Positions 12,375-25,487 of a stretch of 64,000 nt of DNA are shown here, in pieces. The notes beneath the pieces were generated by a model. The model did no database searches. It was not told where the DNA came from and worked only from the letters and a program-made list of their open reading frames with translations. Source of the DNA: Octopus bimaculoides. Taxonomy: Eukaryota. Each line of letters opens with the position of its first letter. The first letter of the stretch is position 1. Location: positions 2,880,838 to 2,944,837 of the forward strand of contig NC_068990.1 in NCBI RefSeq assembly GCF_001194135.2. Reading direction: 5' to 3'. Position numbers and translations under genes: made by a program.

Positions 12375-12505
12375 GCGTCTCTGTCCACTCGCTAAGCTTT
12401 GATCGGATCTAGGCGATAATAGAAGACACTTGGTCATGGTGCCTCGGAATGGGACTGAACCCAGAGATGTGATTGTCAAACAAGCCTCTTACCATACTGC
12501 CACTA
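12375..12505 (-). mobile_element. 5' head of SINE family A
   Basis: Minus strand GGCAGTATGGTAAGAGGCTTG...GGGTTCAGTCCC...ACCATGACCAAGTGTCTTCTATTA: tRNA-like boxes plus CORE-like segment. Confidence 0.6.
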
Positions 12506-12891
12506 CTCACTTTTTGTTTATATATACATATGTATATATTTCTTTAAATTTTGCAGCGTGGCTATAAATATACATTATCACAATAATATATTCTACAGTA
12601 CTATTGCATTTATTGTTAGTGATGTTGCTAGAATGTTTGTTAGAAATCTACCTCGTGGATGTTGTATAGAGCGCTAACAACCTAGCTAGAATGAAATGTG
12701 ACTTCAATGGCTTCTGTTGATGGATTCTTCTACTCACCGCATTCGATCACATTTCTTATTTGATTTTCGTTTAAAAAAAAAAAACTATTGATGTAATTCT
12801 CGACTGTGAATAATAAAGGCAATAATAATAGTTATANNNNNNNNNNACTACTACTACTACTACTACTACTACTACAACGACGACGACAAAG

Positions 12892-12942
<51 letters not shown>

Positions 12943-13098
12943 GCCACTACTGCTTCTATTGCTGCTGCTGCAACAAAAGTTATATCCACTAATAATGATA
13001 AAAATAATAAAAATATTGATGATAAGAATAAAAATAGTAGTTATTATCAATATCATTATTATCATCCTTGTCATTATTATTATCATTATTCTGCCCGG

Positions 13099-13241
13099 GA
13101 TGCTGGCAGAATCATTTGCACCCCGGGTCAAATGCTTAACGGCATTTCGTCTGCCCTTACGTTCTTAGGTCAAATTCCGCCGCGGCCGATTTTGCCTTTA
13201 ATCCTTTCGGCGTCGATAATCTAAGTACCAGTCAAGCACTG
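13099..13241 (+). mobile_element. SINE family B
   Basis: GCTGGCAGAATC...GGTCAAATTCCGCC...TTTGCCTTTAATCCTTTCGGCGTCGATAATCTAAGTACCAG. Confidence 0.8.
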
Positions 13242-13347
13242 ATTCTACTACAGCAACTGCTACTGTTGCTGCTGCTTCTACTACTAACACCACCACCACC
13301 GCTACTACCACCACCACCACCACTACTAATTATATTACTACTACTAT

Positions 13348-13382
<35 letters not shown>

Positions 13383-13477
13383 CTGCTACTACTACTGCAA
13401 CAAATAGTACTATAGCTAGAGCGCTCTTATCACTTCCCGCAAAATTTCAGGCTTTGCGCCTTTAGTAGAAAAGGTTT

Positions 13478-13479
<2 letters not shown>

Positions 13480-13508
<29 letters not shown>

Positions 13509-13544
13509 TATTGTTGTTGTCCTAATTATTATTATTATTATTAA

Positions 13545-13609
<65 letters not shown>

Positions 13610-13854
13610 GTAGTAGTAGTAGTAGTAGTAGTATTAGNNNNNNNNNNNNNNNNNNNNNNNNNNNNNNNNNNNNNNNNNNNNNNNNNNNNNNNNNNNNNNN
13701 NNNNNNNNNNNNNNNNNNNNNNNNNNNNNNNNNNNNNNNNNNNNNNNNNNNNNNNNNNNNNNNNNNNNNNNNNNNNNNNNNNNNNNNNNNNNNNNATTAT
13801 TATTATTATTATTATTATTATTGTTGTTGTCCTAATTATTATTATTATTATTAA

Positions 13855-13905
<51 letters not shown>

Positions 13906-13926
13906 CATTATTATTATTATTATTAT
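13480..13926. repeat. (ATT)n/(AAT)n microsatellite array spanning a gap
   Basis: Long ATT array on both sides of the N-run. Confidence 0.95.
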
Positions 13927-14415
13927 ATTCCTTCGTAACACAGTGTAGGTAAAAATGCACCGGAGTCTTTAGTCATTTGTCAAGTCACAACAAGGCCCTC
14001 AGACAGATAATACTTTCCTTAAGATGTGCGCTCTGCCAAATAAGACTGCTTTTTGTAAGATATCAATCTTGCATGGTATTTCCAGTTGCCTTTAAGAAGT
14101 CTTGAAGTTTCAATGGGATTGAACCCAACTCTCTGATCACCACTGGTATCACTTTTACAGTACCCTCTCGCATTCCATACAGACTTGCCATTTCCATTTT
14201 CAATTCGGAGTACTTGGTGATCTTTTCAACCTCTTTACTCACAACATTCACGTCTTTTGGTGTGGTTACATCAATGATCTGACGGTATTTGTCTCTCTTA
14301 TTCAATATGACAATATTTGGCCGACGGTGTTCGATTCCACGATCCGTCTGAAAATCATAGTCCCAGAGTGTCTTTACTTTTCCATCCTCCTGCATAAATT
14401 TACTTGGCACATGCC
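13927..14415 (-). mobile_element. 3' end of an R4/Dong-like non-LTR retrotransposon (restriction-like endonuclease)
   Basis: KTLWDYDFQTDRGIEHRRPNIVILNKRDK..IIDVTTPKD..KEVEKITKYSEL..KVIPVVIRELG, then after a frameshift LEIPCKIDILQKAVLFGRAHILRKVLSV* (stop 13999-14001). The 3' UTR runs directly into (AAT)n. Confidence 0.9.
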
Positions 14416-14880
14416 CATCCCAGTTCTCTGTTACTTCATATTAGTATTTATGGCATAAGATCCAAAGAAGATACACATACGTGGCGGCTTTCGTATTCCT
14501 TTTTTGTGCATGGCTCTCACATTCTCTCAATGTCTCAAAAACTAGATTATTTAATGCGACGCTGCATTATTGGGGAGAGAGAGAGAGAGGGGAGGGACGA
14601 GGGAGAGAGGGAGAGAGAGATTTAGATATTGAGACAGAGAAACCTATCTGAAAGAGGTTTTCTCCTATGTAAAGCAGGTGGAGCAGATAGTAGAAACGCT
14701 CTCGTCCTCTGTACGAGAGTATATTAGTTTGGTGCTTCTCTTCCCAGATGGAACCAAGGTTGTTACTGGTTCAAAAGCAAGGACATTGCGTTCGGCGCTA
14801 TTTAAAAGGCCAAGGAAGTACGAGCAAATGGTATAAAAGAGCAAGACTTCAGTAGATTTGTATTGACAGAAGTTGTGCAG

Positions 14881-14882
<2 letters not shown>

Positions 14883-14944
<62 letters not shown>
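14883..14944 (+). repeat. (AG)n microsatellite
   Basis: Pure AG array. Confidence 0.95.
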
Positions 14945-14948
<4 letters not shown>

Positions 14949-15799
14949 ATAATACTAATATCATAATAAGTGATAATACATTATGTCGTGTATATTTTGT
15001 AATCCAACTTGATTGCGTGCAATTTTGGATGAAGATAGATTTGCATCATGAAACTAACACTATTCTTGTTCGATTTACAGTGCTCTCTCTGATTGAAGGT
15101 AATCATTAATATTGCTTTGCAGCACTTTTCTCAGTGGTGACACATATACACACATTAAACTTTCATTGACGTTGTCGTAGACACAGTTAAATGCTGGTTT
15201 CATGAAAGAGACTATCAAGATTTCCACTTGCGTACTTAAAACTCATTAACTATGATATCCATAACACATAAAATAGAGGATAATACAGTTCTGGACACAT
15301 TGATTGGTTCAATCATTTATAAGATGTTATAAGTAAGAAAATGCTTTAAGAGTTGTCAGAAAGAAGTTTGCTCCAAATAATCGATATTGTATACCACAAG
15401 TATACAATACACATATTAGAATTTATTATTATTAATACATTACACGAAATGATTGGAAGTATCACTAGAAGATCGGGCAAAAAGATTTGCGGTAATCAGT
15501 TATTCTATTTCAGTTCTGAGTTTATATCACATTGAGGTGCACTATGACGTTCCTCCTTCCGCAATTGGTGAAAAATGTGCCATTGTGCTACTAAAAAGAA
15601 CGACTGCTTCATAAGACTAAATCGTTGTGCGCATTTCTTTTCAAATATCATTTTAAATTCTTAATGCGGTTGGAGCAAATCTTTCCTTAATAACGTTGCA
15701 GAGGATCGTTGATGGAATAATTATGCACAACATTGTTCTCTACACAGACGCGAGTATGGCTGTGTATATAGGCTCAGGCAGGGCAGTGTATATAGACAC

Positions 15800-16155
15800 A
15801 GGTGTTATTGCATGGGTAAAAAGCTCACATTGTATCCGTCTATTTTCCGGTTCAGCTCCATTGTGCGGAACATTGGGAAAGTGTTTTCTACGCGCTTAAT
15901 GTCTTGAGAGTAAATTTAGAAACCAAAAACTCTGTAGATGCCCGGCTTGTATGTGTGTTTTTGTGTCTTTATTTGCCTCTCTCCCTGTTGACAGTCGGTA
16001 TTGCTTTATTTTCATCCCTGTAACAGACTGGTTCTGCAAAAGAGACTAATAGACTAAATACCAGATTTACAAACAAATAATTGGATCGATATGTTCGTTT
16101 AGAACCTTCAAGGCAGAGTCTTGTATGCTGTTTAATGACTGAAACATAAAAAAAG
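15800..16155 (+). mobile_element. Degenerate full-length SINE family A
   Basis: Head CCGGTTCAGCTCCATTG...TTGGGAAAGTGTTTTCTAC, short internal TG tract, tail GGTTCTGCAAAAGAGACTAATAGA...TAATGACTGAAAC. Confidence 0.6.
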
Positions 16156-19100
16156 TAATATGTTTTTGATGCCTTGGATATCTTATATCATCAGATTTAA
16201 CTGTGAATACAAGTGGAAATCTAGATAGGGTGTGCCTTAAACACCAGCACTTAGCTCTTCTTCATGTCAATCAAATTTCACTGTCGAAACCGCATTGGCG
16301 TAAACAAGAGCAACAAGGCGCAGTGTTTGTTTAAAGCAGTGTGTTAGTTTGAAGACAAAGTGCTGTTAAGTTTTCAAAACTTTCACTAGTTTACAAATGC
16401 GGAGTTAGCTTTCTCAGCGGATGTAGCTTACAGTACACTATCAAATTTATTTGCAAAATGAATGCTACATAATGAAGATATATTAGGTCGCATGACGACT
16501 CATATGTTTAACACGTTGAAAATGTAAAATAGATAGTAATCATGTAAAAATAAATGCATTAAAATATTCTTCGGATATTCCACGAATTATAGAAACGTTG
16601 CAAGAATTCAATTGAGAAATGTAAAGAGAGATATAATTGTGTTAAAGATGTTAGACACTGATCACAGAAGGTAAATACAAGAAAACTATTATTTATATAC
16701 ACATTAGTTTACATCGTGATCTTCATCGTTTTCATGTTTCTGTTATCAAACCTCTGCTATTGAATTAGGCTCTATTCAACTAAATGTAAAATGAGACCAA
16801 AGACTCTTATAAAAGCAATCCAACTTTCTTCCAGTAAGACAGCTTCCTTTGATCATTACGCTTTTTTTTTCTTTGAATTATTATCTCTCATTCCTATTAG
16901 CACGTCTCCTTGAATCGAAACCTTTCGTATGTGTCCAAATGATATCTCATATCTACTTCTCAGTAAACACGTATTTATCTAATCTATGAATCTCCTTTTA
17001 TCTGATTTGTAAGACGAGTCTATAGGCATGATTCAACCCATTTGGTTATCTTTATCCCGATATTCAATTCATGTGCATGTACACAGATATTGCATATCAA
17101 TACATATATACATACATGCAAACATACACACCGACATTCACACAAGTATATATCCGCTAATCTACATATGTTCACACACAACAAAGATTTGTGCGTGTGT
17201 ATATATATATATATATATNNNNNNNNNNNNNNNNNNNNNNNNNNNNNNNNNNNNNNNNNNNNNNNNNNNNNNNNNNNNNNNNNNNNNNNNNNNNNNNNNN
17301 NNNNNNNNNNNNNNNNNNATATATATGTATATATATATATATATACCTATATATATATGCGTGATTCATTTTATATATAAGTATTCAAGAATGTATGCAA
17401 GTGTGCGTTTCCATGTGTGCATGTACGCTATGTATGTTATTTATGTAAACACTTCTTAATACGTGAACATAATAAGAAAAAGAACCTGCCATTGCATTAA
17501 CTTCTACGAACTTAAAGATTTATACTTGTAGCTTTGTACCAAAGCTCACAAATGGGTCTGGTCGGTGTTGGTATAAACACATTGGCGTATTTAATGGCAT
17601 TCGCTTTCAAAATTGATATATTTAGCTTGACCTTCTTGTCAAGTGTCACTGAGTGTTGAAAATATCATAAATGAAAAATAGCATAAGAGTTACCGTCACT
17701 TTTATAAATGTTTCCGTACACTCTGCATGAAGTAGACTGAATGATGTCGCTATTTATTTTCATTCCAGCTGTCTTTCGTCTGTAAGAACGCCTCCCGATG
17801 ACCATTTATCTTCTAAACGTTTATATAGTGTGAAGAATTAGGTCAAAATCTTCGTACATTAAATTCAATTATATGACGACACTATTACTGCTCCGTGTCA
17901 CAGAAACTGTGGGTAGTAAACATTTTAGTATAAGAATACTTTCAACTGATTTTCTTTTCATGCAGTTATTAGTAAATATTATTTTCAATATGTTTCTCAT
18001 TTTCTTTACCGAAAACTAAAACTGCCCTCACTATTAGATTACATCTAAACATGAGTTACAAAATGTCATACAAGGACATTAAATTATGTCGAAATTCTCC
18101 AAAAACATTAGATATTCAAACTTTTCAATATTATTAGTTTCTGCTTGCAAATCAGAGGCAGACTTTATTATTAACGTTTCAAGAAGACAACCATTAGAGA
18201 TGAGCAAATCCCATGATTTACAATAACGTGCGCGTTTGGGACTCACGTCTTTCTTTTCTCGCATACACAGAGGAAAACTGTTCCACTGTGTTTATTTCTA
18301 TATCTTTGGGTGCTATCCTTTGAAAGTTGTAATTCAAGTCTAACAATTTTGTGCTCTGATATTTTTTACGTTTATAAAAATAAAGAATTTTATTTAGTTT
18401 TCTATTTGTTTGGTCTACTATTTGATGTGAAACGCTATTTCGAACAGATTTTATTTTGTTTTTGGAGGGTCATACTGTATGAAATGTCTAAGAAATAGGC
18501 TGTAATAATTATATATTTCAAAACTATTTTTAAGTTTCGTATTGCCAGAGATTGTGCAAATGTAATTATTCAGGTTGTATACTCTTTAAACATACATTTG
18601 CTTCTTTGGGATGAAGATATACATAAAATGAAGTTTGAAACAGTTTAATTTAATATGATTCTGCTTCAATTTTAGCTACGTTTTTACCAAACCGTGTCCT
18701 ATATTAGCAAGTAATCGTTCATTAAAGATTTACTAAGCGTAATCAAATTACATCGATTTGATAACGTAAGTTGCACAAAAGAAAACACTTTTAATGTATT
18801 GAAGTATACATTAAGAAAACTGAACATGAAAAATATCCAAGATTTACTTACACTTATACTTAGTAAACGATGTTATGAGATGTAAATTCGAAACTCTCGG
18901 ATTCCATTTTGCATCTTATACTGCGAATCAAATTTTCTTTGGCCAATGTTTATATGAAATAGTGAATCTGCAGACAGTTGTAATCAATGTAAACCCTTAT
19001 ACTTGAGGAATTCATGAATTAATTGTTCTTTGACATAAAAAATTATTTTTCATTTATAGTCCTTTAGACAATAATCTTTCCTTTATTGCTGCGTTTTTGC

Positions 19101-19235
19101 AACATTTAAAAGTAGAACAATTGGTTAGTGACAGCTAATGGGGAAATGTTTATTGCCTATACTGTGAATGAGGTTGTATAACTAAAGTTTCTTATGAATG
19201 TATTACGTTATACTCCGTCTACATGAGTTTGCTTC

Positions 19236-19460
19236 CAGTTCTATATTTAAGAGATAAGGAATTATGTACATTATTTACATTCAACGGATATTTGTCCTCA
19301 TCTTGTTTGTTGTTAACACAACGTTTCGGCTGATATACGCTCAAGCCTTCATCAGGAGTCTTGGGGAAATTTCGAACGTGGGTTCTCATTCCTAAAGTAT
19401 TTTTCGATGTTATTATTATTATTATTATTGTCAATATTATTATTATTATTATTACTATTA
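19236..19460 (-). mobile_element. Hammerhead-bearing short element (family H), 5'-truncated at its (AAT)n tract
   Basis: Body CATCGAAAAATACTTTAGGAATGAGAACCCACGTTCGAAATTTCCCCAAGACTCCTGATGAAGG...CCGAAACGTTGTGTTAACAACAAACAAGATGAGG closely matches both copies at 39.1-39.5 kb. Confidence 0.85.
19315..19360 (-). ncRNA. Type I hammerhead ribozyme motif (Penelope-type)
   Basis: GACTC-CTGATGA-A-GGCTTGA-GCGTATA-TCAGCC-GAAAC-GTT-GTGTT: intact core, palindromic AACGTT helix III, one mismatch in helix I. Confidence 0.75.
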
Positions 19461-19619
19461 TTTTTCTCCGTCACAATATATGAATGAGAAAGGAAGGGGT
19501 GATAAGCGAATATGGAAGAAAAAGGTTGAAAAAATAATCATCGTTTCAAATATGTATGAGTGTATGTGTGTCTGTGTGTTAAAGGGAGGTATGTGAATGT
19601 TTGTTTGTTTGGGTGTGTG

Positions 19620-19669
<50 letters not shown>

Positions 19670-20779
19670 ATGGAAATGGGATGGTGAACGTTCACCGCTG
19701 AAAAGAGAAATCAAGCAGCGTTTCAACTCGGAGTATATGCGTGTATGCGTGTGCATGTACACGGGAAGTTTGTGAATGTTTGTATCTGTGATTATTATCT
19801 ACCTTTTTTTATATATAAAGTATTACAATTAGCCATCATTTCTGACGGCACAGGGTCAACCAGTTTCATAATAAATTAGATGTCTAATCTTTTTCTACAG
19901 AGTTGCTTAGCGAGGTAATATAAAATAGAGTTATTTTATTTTCGCTTATATACGCATTGAATCGCTTTCAGGGTATTTGAACTAATTATTCATGAGCAGG
20001 TTGTTACATTGTTTTTTAATACATGTCGTTCTTTCACTTCATTTGGAGGTCTGACTTTGGTATATTCAAAATAATTTGTTATTCCATTATCATCACCATA
20101 ACGTTTTAACATCAATTTCATGAGTTTATAAGCCCTTTGAATATAAATCGCTTGATAGGCAGAATCTATTTGGCAGTTTAACTGGAATATACAGAATGGT
20201 TGAATGGAAAGTGACTTGCAAATAGCATATATAATGTATTTCGATCATTAGATAAACAATAAGGAATTCTGTATATCACTTTTCTTTCTAATCACGTTAA
20301 CTTAATATAAATATACTTAATATAAATATATAATGTAACATAAGTTTAATTAAATCAATGATCACAGAATAAATGCTTCCTTTTTTGTCTAAATTTAAAG
20401 AGCTACTACACACAACGCTATTTTTATTTTGAATATTGGAAGTAACAATGCAGATATATTAATCCCAGGTATATGATAAATAAGCTTTTGTATTTGCCAT
20501 ATATTTATAATTTCTAACATTACCACTCACATCATAAAATCGGTTTTACTATATATACTCGTATGGTAATATACTTAGCTGCTGTAGCTGTTGTTGGGGT
20601 TGTTTTTCATGTTGGTCCCGATAGAATGGATCTCCGTCGTTTTCTACGGTGTGTGTTCTGTTCACGATAAAAACACTTATAGCATCATATGCTACATAAG
20701 TGTGTAGATACACAGAAGTGTTTGGTATATATAAATATGTATGTAAGTATATATGTATGTATGTATGAGTGTATGTGTG

Positions 20780-22485
20780 TATGTACAGATTTGTATGTTT
20801 CTTGATGCATGTATACTCATGCACATAGTTGCGTGTCTAGAGATACTCATATATACTTAAATGATAGAGGTCTGGAAGATTTTACAGATTTTTACATTAC
20901 CAGTGATGGATTGGATCTGTAGTCTTCGAATTAGTTTTCTCGTATCTGGTTCCGCGAATCCTAATTTCTGAAGGTTGGTAATCAGGCAGTGTGTTACATA
21001 TCTCAGTGCCCCAATAATTACAGGTATAAACGTGAACTTGTAACCTGGATAGAGTAGTTGTAGATTCGTCAATAGTCCAGCATAGGTATTTTCTTTTTCG
21101 CTGATCTTTAGCGTTATGTTAACATCCACTAGGTAGCTAATTTCTACAACTGCACACAGTTTCTCTTCTCTATCCCAAATAACTATGTCAGGTATTTTGT
21201 TTACATTTTACTGAAGTTTTCACGGGGACACCAGTACTCTTCTTTTTTTATTATGAATAGCTATGGCTTCTTTGTCCTCGTGTTTATTCTTCCAACGGAT
21301 CACATAAGGCAGTGTCGTAACTATAACATATTTCTTCGGTATATCATACCGTATTGACGTTTCCGGATAACTGCTTTATGATGTGGGTGATATTTTCGGT
21401 GTTAGCTCACTACACAAAGGCCGCATCGGCTACCATATTTTGCTGCTTTTCCTGCGTCTCTGTCCCTTTTGTGCATCAGGTATTTCGTCGATATTTCTTA
21501 ATCCTGGATTGCAAACGCATACCTTCAAAAGTGAGAATTAGTCATCTGGTCACTGGTCCATGACAGACTGCTTTGGTGATCAATATTTCTATCACCACGA
21601 GCTTTCTACTAACATATCCATGCATAGTCGTCTGCTAACATGCATAGTCGTCTGCTAACATACGCTCATACATTCATCTGATGATACATTGCAGTAGGAT
21701 CGTGCGACTACTTTGAGCATGTGTTTAAGGTTATCAGACAAGAAATGCTGCTGAAGAGCTGCTTTCCAAATCTCATGATGTTACCATCCTCGTGTATGCA
21801 AACTTGTTTAAGGGATGCATTTCGACACTAAATGGTTAAAAGATGTTGCCGAAGGGATGTGATACGACATTCAAAGGCAGTCGGGGTTGATGCTAAGCCT
21901 CTGCCCCCTTGTTTTCGTTTTACCTACAGGCGGTCTACGTCATTGTTGATATGAAAATTATGTATGTCCGTTAGTATATTCCGTGTTTTCACATCAATAG
22001 CTCGGATCTCATCAAGCGGCCAATCATCTATTCCAAATGTTGGTATGAACGCTGGCATTCGAAGGACATTGTGTGTCCCAGTTATATTGAACGCAGAGAG
22101 CTCCGTGGTCCATATTTTCCACATTCGGCTGTAATATTCTTTGGTGACATGTATCTTGTTTCAGGTACCACCTTAGGATATGTTTCCATTTATCTCAAGG
22201 CACTTGCAACATTCTTCGTTCAATACAAGGGAAACAGTTATATCCTTGATGGAGATACTGTTGGCCTGTTTTATGGTTTTCCCCTTTTCACAATCATTTA
22301 GCCAAATTCATCCTGATCAAACACCAACCCTATATCATTTGAAAACATTATAACCAGGACGAGGCTCTTTTTCGGGTCATGCATATTCTTTCCATATACT
22401 TTGAAGTCATCCACAATTCATCCACAATGAGTAATTTTGGTATTTCTGATTCTTTGTGAATCAGTGAGATATCCTTCAGACATCC
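20780..22485 (-). mobile_element. 5'-truncated R4-clade (RLE) LINE: RT C-terminal half, thumb, CCHC knuckle, endonuclease
   Basis: Broken frames: KITH..VDDFKVYGKN..FSNDIG; KIWTTELSAFN..IDVKTRNIL..HINNDVDRL..KQGGRGL; SHFEGYAFAIQD.EISTKYL; CGLC..ENITHII; PDIVIWDREEKLCAVVEIS..FIPVIIGAL..VKICK. Confidence 0.9.
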
Positions 22486-22489
22486 TATA

Positions 22490-22880
22490 TATGTGTCTAT
22501 CTATGTATGTATGGATGTATGTATGTATGTATGTATGTATGTGTGTATGTATAATGCATGTATGCGTGTATATATGTTTGTTTGTATGTATGCATGCATG
22601 TATAATGCATGTATGCGTGTATATATGTTTGTATGTGTGAATGTATGNNNNNNNNNNTGAGATATCCTTCAGACATCCTATATATATGTCTATCTATGTA
22701 TGTATGGATGTATGTATGTATGTATGTATGGATGGATGTATGTGTGTATGTATAATGCATGTATGCGTGTATATATGTTTGTTTGTATGTATGCATGTAT
22801 GTATAATGCACGTATGCGTGTATATATGTTTGTATGTGTGAATGTATGTGTGTACGTATGTATGTATGTATGTATGATGC
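22490..22880 (+). repeat. Compound (ATGT)n microsatellite, duplicated across a 10-N gap
   Basis: 22465-22647 is repeated at 22658-about 22850 with few differences. Confidence 0.85.
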
Positions 22881-24839
22881 ACTTTTAAATCAGTTTCGAG
22901 GTGGGAAATAATTTTGGTGTGCAATTAAAAAGGACCAAACGAGTATTTATTATAATTCAGTCAACTGACGATAATATTTCTTGAATAAGATTTTAACATA
23001 TTCATAAAAGCCTACATATTTGTGTGTGTGTGTGTGTGTGTGTGCGTGTGTGTGAGTGTGTGTGTATGTATGTGTTAGTGTGTGAGAGCTTGTGTGCGCG
23101 TGGGGGGGGGTGCGCACGCATGTGTATATGTGTGTGTGTGTGTATCCGACCAAATATTTCTGATTTGCGATCCAACGAATGTTTGCTGAATTTTTGATCA
23201 CCGGTCCATTTGCTTAGTCATTATATTTTAGCTCATGATACATTTCAGTTAACTTGAAGCTTTGGACTGATCTTGACTATAGATTAGCTCCTCAACATTT
23301 CCTGCGGGAGATATATCAATGAATATTAGCGTAAAGTTTTTTAGTTTAATAGGCTACAGAAATTAGATGAACATGCAATTGCAACAAATTTCATCAATTG
23401 ATTGTTTAATGAATCTCGATCAACTGAATGTTTGATGAAATTCATTTAAATTGACCGTGTGATTTAATTCCATCAGTTGTCGCTTTGGTGAAAATCAATC
23501 TTCCGTTTACTAATATTAGTGAACTGTTTTAACATGTTTGACTATAGATTTCATTCCGTAGATCTAGCCTCGAAATATTGCCTATAAATTCATCCTAAAC
23601 AGTAGCGCACACTTTAGGAAGCACAAATTCGTTCAGTTTAGATTTCAAGGAACTTCAATCTAATAACCGTTTGAAAAACCTAATTATTTGTCCATTTTCA
23701 TATACTTCGATCAGCTAACTGTCCTCTCTAACATAACCTATATGTGTGCCTAGTTTTATCCTGAAAGTATAGCCCTATATTCTAATCTATAGCATAGTTT
23801 ATCAATTAAGTGCAAGCTATCGTTTATAGCTTTAACCTATAAACAGCCAACATATTATAGTCTATAGTTTAGCCTCTGATTTAATAGCCTTCGATTTTAG
23901 CCTAGAGCAGTTCGGAGAAAATAAATCCACCGTCTGCTTCAGAAAAATAAGTCAAATGACTGCTGAATGAAAATCAACGAGCATTTCGTTTGCTGAAATT
24001 TAATCAATCGTCCGGTTACTGAAATTCGAACATGTTCCCGCTTGAGGATATTCAATCATTTGATAATTTAATAACCTTTCATCAATACTCTGTTTGAGGA
24101 AATTCTATGAAATGTCCACTTGAAGAAGTTTTATACTTTGTCCGTTTTGGGAAATTAACTAGGGCCCTAAAGCAAAACTGACATTATTGTATCTCACACG
24201 AAATAAAGAAGGGAAATTAGGCGTAAGGTGACGAAATGATAGGAGTGTTGAATCGATGTGTATAAGACATAATTATTTTGATGAACATAGCAAAACTCAT
24301 TATAAAAACTGGTAGGGCCATTTAGTTGCACATTTTCGTTAATGTGTTTAAAATCTTTCAGTGTAATCGTTTCCATTAGTGCTGAGGTTACCTGAAACTG
24401 TAGAAGAGCTGAAAGAATGGCTGGTTTATAGTTACATCTGTTTACTTTCAGATTTCCAACCCTCTCAATGTCACATTTAAATACTAACCATCTCGGCTCA
24501 GAGAGGTAATATTCACACCTGACAGAATCATGTGTGAATATTAATTGTGCAAACTATCTCCATGACGTTCCTTCGTCAATATATGCGTATGTTCAAAATG
24601 TGTATATGATAAGACAACATTAATGTAATGGCATTTATTTACTAAAAACGCAACTAATTTGTGATCCCCAAAAGATTTCCTTACTGTTTCTAGCTAACGA
24701 AAATTACCATTGCTGACAACGATGCTATGCGAATATATCTGTTTCACTACCGTCACCATGCTATTACTTGTATTTCAAGCAATATGCATATATATGTATG
24801 CATAGGTGTATATATACTTGTTTATACATACGCACACAC

Positions 24840-24887
<48 letters not shown>

Positions 24888-25267
24888 GCTAAATATTTCG
24901 CTTCAGCTAGACGGATTCATCTGCAACATGCAATGCTTTGATCCCTATACTGATAATATTAATGAGGACACTTTGATTTTGAAACTGCAATGGGATCACG
25001 ACAGAAGTAACGTCCATAGAAATGACGCTGATCGTACGTTATTGATTTTAGTTATGATAAGGATAATATTCCTGCTTCCGAGCTTATTACGAGACCCAAC
25101 GTAGTTCTGTATCATTACAGATATTGCTACTTCCTAATATCTACAACTTCACTAACTACAAATAATAGGAGAATGGTTATTATCGAAACAATGATAACTG
25201 ACAGATCACTAGTGACAAAATGCATTTGAATAGCAAAACATGATGAAACATTATTTTCTCAAATTAC

Positions 25268-25269
<2 letters not shown>

Positions 25270-25313
<44 letters not shown>

Positions 25314-25487
25314 GCATATGTATGGATTATATATGTATTATATATATATATAATATATATATATATGTATGGATTATACATATATTATATATATATATAT
25401 ATATAATATATATATATATGTATATGTATGGATTATACATATATTATATATATATATATAATATATATATATATGTATATGTATGGA
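25270..25487 (+). repeat. AT-rich minisatellite, 47-59-bp units, running into a gap
   Basis: Anchor GTATGGATTATA recurs near 25320, 25367, 25426 and (cut by the gap) 25481, embedded in (AT)n. Confidence 0.8.

Noticed and set aside
21620-21662. 20-bp tandem duplication CATGCATAGTCGTCTGCTAA
   Set aside because: Local slippage inside a dead LINE; no functional implication.
22465-22850. About 185-bp tandem duplication
   Set aside because: The copies flank a 10-N gap and differ only by a few substitutions and repeat length; most likely two haplotypes or an unmerged contig overlap.
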